DNA from: a virus
Lineage: Duplodnaviria > Heunggongvirae > Uroviricota > Caudoviricetes
Length of the DNA: 11,426 nucleotides
IMG/VR virus record: IMGVR_UViG_3300029126_000035
Direction: 5' to 3' (one strand)
In this document: positions 1-6,584 of the stretch, piece by piece
Position numbering within the stretch: the stretch's first letter is position 1
How the letters are laid out: each line of letters opens with the position of its first letter
Made by a program: the position numbers and the translations under genes
The notes under the pieces: model-generated
The model's database searches: none
What the model was told of the DNA's origin: nothing
Seen by the model: the letters and a program-made list of their open reading frames with translations, nothing else

Positions 1-12
1 GATGCGCTGAAT

Positions 13-309
13 ATGGCCCGTGCCGAGCAGGGGAAAACGACGCAGCAACACCACTACACAAACGAGAGCAATATGATTTCTCGTATCGTTCTTGGTGGGC
101 TAACTGCTAAGCAGTGGGCGCGGATAAATGGCTATTCTGGCGAACCTCGCGACCATATGAACGCAGAACAGCTTGAGCACCTCTCATATCTCGAAAGCAC
201 CAATATCACGTTAATTGATATGGGCATGGAATATGAGCAGCGCAAAGGAGAACTCACCCGCCTGTCGCAACGCTGGCTCGCCAAGCGTCTGGAGGCGGTC
301 CATGTTTAA
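13..309 (+). CDS. small putative DNA-binding protein with HTH-like segment; true N-terminus may lie upstream of the window or at ATG 73
   Basis: Frame is open from base 1 with ATG at 13 and 73; segment LTAKQWARINGYS fits a helix-turn-helix pattern; stop TAA 307-309 overlaps the next gene start. Confidence 0.5.
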   Translation: MARAEQGKTTQQHHYTNESNMISRIVLGGLTAKQWARINGYSGEPRDHMNAEQLEHLSYLESTNITLIDMGMEYEQRKGELTRLSQRWLAKRLEAVHV

Positions 310-484
310 GCCGACAGGAACACCACAACCTCAAAAACGCTACAAAGATGCCCACGGAGCACTCGTTACTGTCGAAAGCGTGTCTCACAACCGAGTGACG
401 TTTTATCGCGACGGGTATCAATCGCCATGCGTGCAACCGCTGGCACGTTTCATGAAGGAGTTCGTGGAGGTTAACAAATGCTAA
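302..484 (+). CDS. hypothetical small protein (60 aa), translationally coupled to upstream gene
   Basis: ATG 302-304 preceded by GGAGG at 291-295 (6 nt spacer); overlaps upstream stop; the longer ORF from 215 is an in-frame shadow inside the previous gene. Confidence 0.5.
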   Translation: MFKPTGTPQPQKRYKDAHGALVTVESVSHNRVTFYRDGYQSPCVQPLARFMKEFVEVNKC

Positions 485-1100
485 CCGCCCAGAAGAAGAT
501 ATTTTCACTGGCTGGTATGTCGCCAAAATCCGGCAATATGACAGCAAAGTCTGGCATTAATACAGCAGATACAAGCAAAGTTTATCATTTTCTGGTGGTA
601 GGAGCGGATACCTTAACTATGTCAGAAATTACGGTCGATGGTGTTAGCGTTGAGAAGGTCAGCGGCTGCGCCAGAGAATTTCTGGTCGTAGATCACCTGT
701 TCTGCTCGTGTAGTGACTCCACAAAAACATTCGTCCACGCGCGTGACGTTAACGAAATGAGCGCGATGTACTGTGCTTCTGGTTCTTCCAATAGTGAGTT
801 TTCGGAGTCCATAAAAAAGAGCTTGCCGTTATGCGGCAACACGGTTTATGGTTATAAGGCACCTCATAAAACGGGTGCCGGGATTAGGACCCCGCAGGCA
901 ATCGAGGCGATACATGACGCGCCAGCGTCTTTTTTTGTATCGGCGCACACGCACACCTTATCAATGGTGGGCTGTATGGGGCTGACTTCGGTCAGGCTGG
1001 TTTCCTTGATTGCCAGTAGTCCTAACCCTGTACAGTCCACCGCCAGCGAGCTTAGGACCTCCGGCGGTGGCTATAAACCATCAATCAAGGAGGCTGCCAC
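478..1100 (+). other. stop-free frame with strong RBS, coding status unresolved; structured leader region upstream of the small-gene operon
   Basis: ATG 478 preceded by GGAGG 465-469 (7 nt spacer); frame 1 has no stop from 478 to 1506, but beyond 1101 that frame is rich in rare codons (CTA, TTA, ATA, AGG) while the overlapping frame of 1101-1295 has good codon usage; region 850-1070 contains several stems and complementary motifs. Confidence 0.25.
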
Positions 1101-1295
1101 ATGCTGGCTACTACCCCTACCCAAAAACCGCAATTTATCTGGATTATCGCCGCAGTTCGCCGCGATTGCCCGACAATTACCGCCAAAATTCATCATATTG
1201 CTGCCGAGTCTGAACGCGATGCTCGCCGTTCTCTGGTGCGCGATCACGTCTGCTTTTTTGTTGGTCGTATCCGCATGGAGGTGGCACATGATTAA
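1101..1295 (+). CDS. hypothetical small protein (64 aa)
   Basis: Strong RBS AAGGAGG at 1087-1093, 7 nt before ATG 1101; codon usage in this frame is E. coli-like (CTG, CGC, CCG, GCC) and free of rare codons. Confidence 0.7.
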   Translation: MLATTPTQKPQFIWIIAAVRRDCPTITAKIHHIAAESERDARRSLVRDHVCFFVGRIRMEVAHD

Positions 1296-1506
1296 AACCT
1301 ACGATGTGCATATGGACCCCCTCGAACGCACAAGCCAGATCATCACACTGACAGAAGTGATTAATGACATTCTGGTGAGCAGCTCTCCCTCACGAGACGA
1401 AAAACTGAAGGCGTTGCTCGCGATATTGGATCTCGCCGTTCGTGACGTTCATTTCCTGCTGGAAGGTGGCGAAATGCCAGGAAAGACGGGGGCAACCAAT
1501 GAATAA
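1288..1506 (+). CDS. hypothetical small protein (72 aa)
   Basis: ATG 1288 preceded by GGAGG 1277-1281; overlaps upstream stop (1293-1295), indicating translational coupling. Confidence 0.6.
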   Translation: MIKTYDVHMDPLERTSQIITLTEVINDILVSSSPSRDEKLKALLAILDLAVRDVHFLLEGGEMPGKTGATNE

Positions 1507-1693
1507 CTCAATTAATACCCCTCGCCTTACGTCCGCACTTCAATTAATCGAGCAAGCAGCGGCTGTCCTGGTTGCTGTCAGCCTTTCGGCTGAAGAAATG
1601 GACGCTGCTGATGTCGTGGATGCGATTAAAGCGTGCTCATCTTTGGTTAACGATGCCCGTGCAGAGCTGGTAATTCTTGGGGGTGAAAAATGA
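1499..1693 (+). CDS. hypothetical small protein (64 aa)
   Basis: ATG 1499 overlaps upstream stop as ATGAATAA; Ala/Leu-rich helical-looking protein; the ORF-track start at 1442 is an in-frame extension inside the previous gene. Confidence 0.6.
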   Translation: MNNSINTPRLTSALQLIEQAAAVLVAVSLSAEEMDAADVVDAIKACSSLVNDARAELVILGGEK

Positions 1694-1953
1694 ATATCAA
1701 CTTAATTTATCGTCATCCGTGTGAGCTGGAAATTGAATCATTGCTGGGGCGCGAAGAGCCATATCCAGACACATTCACTCCCGCAGATTGCGCGACTGAA
1801 CGGCTTACCAGAGCACGCACAGGTCTGGTTCATGTGATGAATGAGATTGTTCCCTCGGTGGGAGGGGAACAGGCGACAGTAATCAATAGCTGGCTACAAA
1901 AAGTTACCTCCCTGATAGATATCAGTTTAATCGATGTGGAGAGTGCGAAATGA
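1690..1953 (+). CDS. hypothetical small protein (87 aa)
   Basis: ATG 1690 overlaps upstream stop (ATGA); purine-rich GGGGGTGA just upstream. Confidence 0.65.
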   Translation: MNINLIYRHPCELEIESLLGREEPYPDTFTPADCATERLTRARTGLVHVMNEIVPSVGGEQATVINSWLQKVTSLIDISLIDVESAK

Positions 1954-2171
1954 CCAACATCCAGCTCATTGAAGCGCAATGTCGCATCGAACAGGTTCAG
2001 ACTGTTTTAGGGTTCTGGCTTGAAGGGGCCAGCCCCAGCAACAGAGACAAGTTAATGATTGGCGCGGTTATGTCACTGCTCAATGGCGTACCAGAAGCTA
2101 TTCAGGAAGCGGACGAATTGTTGGGCAAATATGAGTTACAGAATCATTCAGGCGAGGCGAAACATGAATAA
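1950..2171 (+). CDS. hypothetical small protein (73 aa)
   Basis: ATG 1950 overlaps upstream stop (ATGA); GAGAG/GTGCGAAA purine-rich region upstream. Confidence 0.65.
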   Translation: MTNIQLIEAQCRIEQVQTVLGFWLEGASPSNRDKLMIGAVMSLLNGVPEAIQEADELLGKYELQNHSGEAKHE

Positions 2172-2766
2172 TTTCTTAACTTTCCATGCAGAAGCAACGC
2201 CTGACGGCGTAAACATCATGTACCGCAGCAACGATGGCATGACAGAACGCGTTGAGACCGTCTCATATATTGATGCCGTAAATCGTCTGGATGCCGGGGA
2301 TTATGACGATAAACCAGATGAAGGCATGTTTATACATCTCGCTATTGCCAGTGGCGGCAACCAGGGATATTTCGATTACACATCACAGCATCACGTGATT
2401 ATGTGGCGCTGGCTGATAGCAACAGCATTCATCAATGAAATGAGAAAGGAAAACGGCACCGTCAGCATTATTGATGACAGTGGCAATCATTCCGTGGTTT
2501 CTGTTTATTCCAATGGCATCGTCGCCATGCCGCTGTATCCAGTAGCAGAGCGCCTCGCTATGGCAAACAACATTGAGGGCGCAATGATCGAGAAATATGG
2601 TGTTGATGTCGGAACAAAGAATGCCATCATTTTTTACAGCAACATGTTCGATGTCGAACAGGGAACACTCACTTCGTTTGGGCGAGAAGTGCTTGCCGAT
2701 CTTCACAACAGCTTTATTGCCGAACTAAACGAAAACGGCATCCCAGAAGCACCAGTGACGCACTAA
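2164..2766 (+). CDS. hypothetical protein (200 aa) immediately upstream of primase
   Basis: ATG 2164 overlaps upstream stop as ATGAATAA; the ORF-track start at 2059 is an in-frame extension inside the previous gene; stop 12 nt before the primase start. Confidence 0.7.
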   Translation: MNNFLTFHAEATPDGVNIMYRSNDGMTERVETVSYIDAVNRLDAGDYDDKPDEGMFIHLAIASGGNQGYFDYTSQHHVIMWRWLIATAFINEMRKENGTVSIIDDSGNHSVVSVYSNGIVAMPLYPVAERLAMANNIEGAMIEKYGVDVGTKNAIIFYSNMFDVEQGTLTSFGREVLADLHNSFIAELNENGIPEAPVTH

Positions 2767-2778
2767 ACGGGGGCCAGA

Positions 2779-5535
2779 ATGCGAAACATTGATCTTATCC
2801 GTCAGGTTATCAGTGCGTCTGAAAACAACTGGCCTCATGTGCTGGGCTGCCTGAACATAAATGTCCCTGACTCTCCGCGCCGTCATGCTCCCTGCCCTGC
2901 ATGTGGGGGCAAAGATCGATTCCGGTTCGATGACAACGGGCGCGGTAGCTTCATCTGTAATCAGTGCGGCGCTGGTGATGGGCTGGATTTAATTAAACGC
3001 GTAAATAACTGCGACACAACAGAGGCGGCGCTTCTTGCCGCTGATGTTCTGGGTATTGATTACCGGACAACGGAAACACCAGAAGCCACCAGCCAGAAAC
3101 GGGAACAACTGGAAACCGAGCGCCAGCGACGCGAACAGGAGCGCCTGAAAAGGGCAGAGAAGGACGAACAACAAAGACGGGATACGTTTTCCCGTCAGTT
3201 TGATGACATGCGCAGAAAGGCTGTAAACGGCAAATCTGATTATCTGGTTGCGAAAGGGGTAGGTGATTTTACATTCCCCGTGTTGCCCGATGGATCTCTG
3301 TTGCTGGCGCTGGTGGATAAATCCGGCGCAGTCACAGCAGCACAGACTATTACCTCACATGGTGAAAAAAGACTCCTGACAGGTTCAGCAAAGCGGGGGG
3401 CATATCACGCCATAAACGCACCAGAAACAACACAGAGCATCTTAATCGCAGAAGGTCTGGCAACGGCATTATCTGCCCATTTAATTCGTCCAGAGGCGCT
3501 GACAGTGGCGGCGATTGATGCCGGGAACCTGTTATATGTCGCCCAGGTACTGCGGGATAAATTTCCTTCAGCACAAATCATCATTGCTGCGGATAACGAC
3601 CACAGCGAAGGAAGACAAAACACGGGGAGAATAGCAGCAGAAAAAGCAGCTTTATCTGTTTCTGGATGGGTGGCATTACCCCCGACAGATCACAAAGCAG
3701 ACTGGAATGATTACCACCAAAAACACGGCATTAAATGCGCCACAGAAGCGTTCAATAAGTCAATGTACCAACCACAGGGTAATGGCGTGAAACAGGAGCC
3801 ACAGACCATTGAGGGAAGCGATTTTAAGGTTATGGATACCGACCCACTGAAACCAAGAATAGAAAGCCGCGAGGATGGTATTTATTGGGTATCTCCGAGA
3901 GCTGACAGCCAGAGTGGAGAAATCATCAATAACGAAAGCTGGTTATGTTCTCCGTTAAGCGTTATCGGTACTGGCAGAGACGATAAAGACCAGTATCTCA
4001 TTCTTCGCTGGCTGTCGTTTGGTTCTGAAACGCCGACAACCGCTGCCATTCCACTGGCTGATATTGGTGAACGTGAAGGATGGCGCACACTTAAAGCTGG
4101 TGGGGTAAATGTCACGACCAAAAGCAGCCTCAGAGCAATACTGGCAGACTGGCTACAACGCAGTGGCTCTCGTGAATTGTGGCGTGTTGCTCATGCCACT
4201 GGCTGGCAATGCGGAGCGTACATCATGCCTGATGGGGAAATCATCGGAACACCTGAAAATCCTGTGCTGTTCAGCGGGAGAAGCTCAGCCGCAGCCGGAT
4301 ATACCGTCTCAGGGAGCGCGAAAAGCTGGCGTGATAACGTGGCGCGTCTGGCCTTTGGTAACTATTCAATGATGACCGGGATCGGCGCAGCACTGGCAGC
4401 GCCATTGATTGGGCTGGTGGGCGCTGACGGGTTCGGCATTCATTTCTATGAGCAGTCGAGCGCAGGTAAGACCACCACGGCAAACGTGGCGAGCAGCTTA
4501 TACGGCAACCCTGATTTACTGCGGCTGACGTGGTACGGAACCGCGCTGGGGCTGGCAAATGAGGCCGCCGCCCACAATGACGGACTAATGCCGCTTGATG
4601 AAGTTGGTCAGGGCGCTGATCCTGTCAGCGTTTCACAGTCTGCCTATGCGTTATTTAACGGTGTAGGGAAACTGCAAGGCGCTAAAGATGGTGGAAACCG
4701 GGATCTAAAACGCTGGCGTACAGTGGCAATCAGCACCGGAGAAATGGATTTAGAAACATTTATCGCTACTTCCGGGCGAAAAACCAAAGCCGGGCAACTG
4801 GTGCGACTGCTGAATATTCCGTTGAGTAAAGCAGTACGCTTTCACGATTACCAGAACGGAAAACAGCACGCAGACGCACTGAAAGACGCTTACCAGCATC
4901 ACCACGGCGCGTCCGGGCGTGAGTGGATTAAATGGCTGGCACACCACCAGCAACAGGCTATTAAAACCGTTCGTGATTGCGAAAGCAGATGGAGAAGCCT
5001 GATCCCATCCGATTATGGTGAGCAGGTTCACCGTGTAGCCGCGCGATTTGCCATTCTGGAGGCAGCATTGCTGTTAGGCGAAGTTGTAACAGGCTGGGAT
5101 GCTCAGACATGCCGTGATGCGATACAGCACAGCTATAACGCATGGTTGCGCGAGTTCGGCACAGGTAACAAAGAACATCAGCAGATTATTGAACAAACGG
5201 AGGCATTTCTTAATGCCTATGGGCTTAGCCGTTTTGCACCATTTCCATACAGCCCGGCAGATTTGCCCATCAAAGATTTAGCCGGATACCGTCAGCGTGG
5301 AGAACATGACGAAAGCCCAATGATTTTCTACACATTCCCGGCCACATTTGAAAAGGAGATCGCATGTGGTTTCAACGCAAAACAGTTTGCTGAAGTGTTG
5401 AAAAAAGCCGGGATGCTAACCCCACCAAACAGCGGTCGTGGATACCAAAGAAAATCACCACGTATTCAGGGACGACAAACAAACGTTTATGTACTCAATT
5501 ACCAGCCAGGAGATTATAACTCATCTGAAGAATGA
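2779..5535 (+). CDS. P4 alpha-type DNA primase-helicase (zinc-ribbon + Toprim primase, P-loop helicase, C-terminal domain)
   Basis: CPAC...CNQC zinc-ribbon pattern (nt 2893-2967); Toprim-like IAEG (E225) and AADNDH (D272/D274, nt 3592-3600); Walker A SSAGKTT (K564 at nt 4468-4470); Walker B-like LMPLDE; 918 aa; iterons immediately downstream. Confidence 0.93.
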   Translation: MRNIDLIRQVISASENNWPHVLGCLNINVPDSPRRHAPCPACGGKDRFRFDDNGRGSFICNQCGAGDGLDLIKRVNNCDTTEAALLAADVLGIDYRTTETPEATSQKREQLETERQRREQERLKRAEKDEQQRRDTFSRQFDDMRRKAVNGKSDYLVAKGVGDFTFPVLPDGSLLLALVDKSGAVTAAQTITSHGEKRLLTGSAKRGAYHAINAPETTQSILIAEGLATALSAHLIRPEALTVAAIDAGNLLYVAQVLRDKFPSAQIIIAADNDHSEGRQNTGRIAAEKAALSVSGWVALPPTDHKADWNDYHQKHGIKCATEAFNKSMYQPQGNGVKQEPQTIEGSDFKVMDTDPLKPRIESREDGIYWVSPRADSQSGEIINNESWLCSPLSVIGTGRDDKDQYLILRWLSFGSETPTTAAIPLADIGEREGWRTLKAGGVNVTTKSSLRAILADWLQRSGSRELWRVAHATGWQCGAYIMPDGEIIGTPENPVLFSGRSSAAAGYTVSGSAKSWRDNVARLAFGNYSMMTGIGAALAAPLIGLVGADGFGIHFYEQSSAGKTTTANVASSLYGNPDLLRLTWYGTALGLANEAAAHNDGLMPLDEVGQGADPVSVSQSAYALFNGVGKLQGAKDGGNRDLKRWRTVAISTGEMDLETFIATSGRKTKAGQLVRLLNIPLSKAVRFHDYQNGKQHADALKDAYQHHHGASGREWIKWLAHHQQQAIKTVRDCESRWRSLIPSDYGEQVHRVAARFAILEAALLLGEVVTGWDAQTCRDAIQHSYNAWLREFGTGNKEHQQIIEQTEAFLNAYGLSRFAPFPYSPADLPIKDLAGYRQRGEHDESPMIFYTFPATFEKEIACGFNAKQFAEVLKKAGMLTPPNSGRGYQRKSPRIQGRQTNVYVLNYQPGDYNSSEE

Positions 5536-5560
5536 GCTTCTTCATGTGCGTAGAAAAGGT

Positions 5561-5672
5561 GTTGGTTCAGTTGGTTCAGTTGGTTCAATTTGCAAAGAGT
5601 ATTGTTTTGTAAGGATTTTATTCTTTTTATTGAACCAACACTGAACCAACAACACGGTATTTTGAACCAACA
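5561..5672. repeat. iteron array, probable replication origin: 3 direct GTTGGTTCA copies, AT-rich spacer, 3 inverted TGAACCAAC copies
   Basis: Perfect 9-mers at 5561-5569, 5570-5578, 5579-5587 and inverted copies at 5631-5639, 5642-5650, 5664-5672; 43-bp AT-rich spacer at 5588-5630; starts 25 bp after the primase stop. Confidence 0.75.
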
Positions 5673-5767
5673 CAATGTGACTGAATTGATGAGCACAACA
5701 TCTGGCTGGCATTAGAGAGTGTTTTACGAAATCTGAACACCACATCACTGGTTTCAGTGGGAGATTG

Positions 5768-6226
5768 ATGATGAAGATAATCGCAAAGGCTTTTCATCAT
5801 GTATTTGGCAAAGTATCCGATTTGCCATCTGTAATACCGATGAACAACAGAAGGGAGATGCTGCTTGATGTGGTTGTGTTCCCATACATAGACCTTTCTG
5901 AACCAATGAAAGCAACTCTTTTCAGAAAGTATCTTGGCGACTTTAAACGCCGTTTTACAGGCGTTAACGGGATGGTTGATATCTGCTCCATCAGAGATAT
6001 TGTTGAACTTGCAGGGATTAATTTGTGGGGAGAAGCGGCAGCAGCATACAAATGGCTTGAACGCCTGCACTGTGTTTCATTCAGTGACATGAGTGCTGAT
6101 ATCGCTTTAATGGTTCCTCACAAAATCAATATGGTCTTTGCTGGTGGCAATTACACTTATCCATGGAACCAGGAACAAAGAGAGAACAGGAAAGCTCACG
6201 CCATGAAGAGTAATGCGACTCCATAA
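5768..6226 (+). CDS. hypothetical protein (152 aa), AT-rich gene between origin and cargo operon
   Basis: ATG at 5768/5771 preceded by GGGAG 5759-5763; followed by a rho-independent terminator; the antisense 147-aa ORF is Cys/His/Trp-rich and looks spurious. Confidence 0.6.
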   Translation: MMKIIAKAFHHVFGKVSDLPSVIPMNNRREMLLDVVVFPYIDLSEPMKATLFRKYLGDFKRRFTGVNGMVDICSIRDIVELAGINLWGEAAAAYKWLERLHCVSFSDMSADIALMVPHKINMVFAGGNYTYPWNQEQRENRKAHAMKSNATP

Positions 6227-6279
6227 ATATAGTTTTTAGAGTCCATAAAAAAACTGTCAAAACCTGACATACAGAACGA

Positions 6280-6311
6280 TGCCACCAGCTACTGAACGGT
6301 GGCATTTTTTT
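6280..6311 (+). terminator. rho-independent terminator
   Basis: Stem TGCCACC (6280-6286) / GGTGGCA (6298-6304) followed by a T7 run at 6305-6311. Confidence 0.7.
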
Positions 6312-6367
6312 GTGCTATTTGTTTCATATTTTGCAATCACAATGATGAATGTTGCGTTTTATGAAAC

Positions 6368-6391
6368 TATAATGACTGTTGTTTTATACAG
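6368..6391 (+). promoter_or_regulatory. candidate SOS-regulated promoter: -10 TATAAT followed by LexA-box-like CTGT-N8-ACAG
   Basis: TATAAT at 6368-6373; CTGTTGTTTTATACAG at 6376-6391 matches the LexA consensus CTGT-(AT-rich 8)-ACAG; RBS AAGGGGG at 6396-6402 and ATG at 6407; -35 is weak. Confidence 0.5.
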
Positions 6392-6406
6392 TTCTAAGGG
6401 GGCGTT

Positions 6407-6580
6407 ATGGCTATTTCAGTAAAGCCAGTATTGATAAGTGAGAAGCAAATGGAAGCGATAAAGAAAATTCAGGAGGAGCAGCGTAAAAAATCAGAGGTAG
6501 GAGTTGCGCCAACGATCCACGAAATTGCTCGGGGATTAATGGATAAGGCGCTGGCTTACACTTTAACTGGACGTGGGTAA
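6407..6580 (+). CDS. small protein (57 aa), possible ribbon-helix-helix DNA-binding protein
   Basis: Not in the ORF track (under 60 aa) but a clean ATG-to-TAA frame with RBS; N-terminal strand-like VKPVLIS followed by two helical segments fits an RHH layout; first gene after the SOS-box promoter. Confidence 0.5.
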   Translation: MAISVKPVLISEKQMEAIKKIQEEQRKKSEVGVAPTIHEIARGLMDKALAYTLTGRG

Positions 6581-6584
6581 ATTT

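Noticed and set aside
478-1506. Single 342-aa protein spanning the whole stop-free frame
   Set aside because: Between 1101 and 1287 this frame is rich in rare codons, while the overlapping 1101-1295 frame has a strong RBS and clean codon usage; the 3' 72 codons are better explained as a separate coupled gene starting at 1288.
2989-5143. Several 60-95 aa minus-strand ORFs inside the primase gene
   Set aside because: They lie fully within the well-supported primase frame, lack RBSs and have junk-like composition; typical antisense shadows.
5561-5672. CRISPR array
   Set aside because: Repeats are only 9 bp, tandem with no unique spacers, and occur in both direct and inverted orientation around an AT-rich spacer; this is iteron-origin architecture.
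5438-5748. Small ORFs (60-68 aa) overlapping the primase 3' end and the iterons on both strands
   Set aside because: They are made of the repeat units themselves (for example translated GSVGSVGS and EPTEPTEPT) and overlap the origin; artefacts of the iterons.
5627-6090. Minus-strand ORFs (147 aa and 97 aa) antisense to the 152-aa gene
   Set aside because: Cys/His/Trp/Arg-rich low-plausibility translations with no RBS; the + strand gene has an RBS and a downstream terminator.
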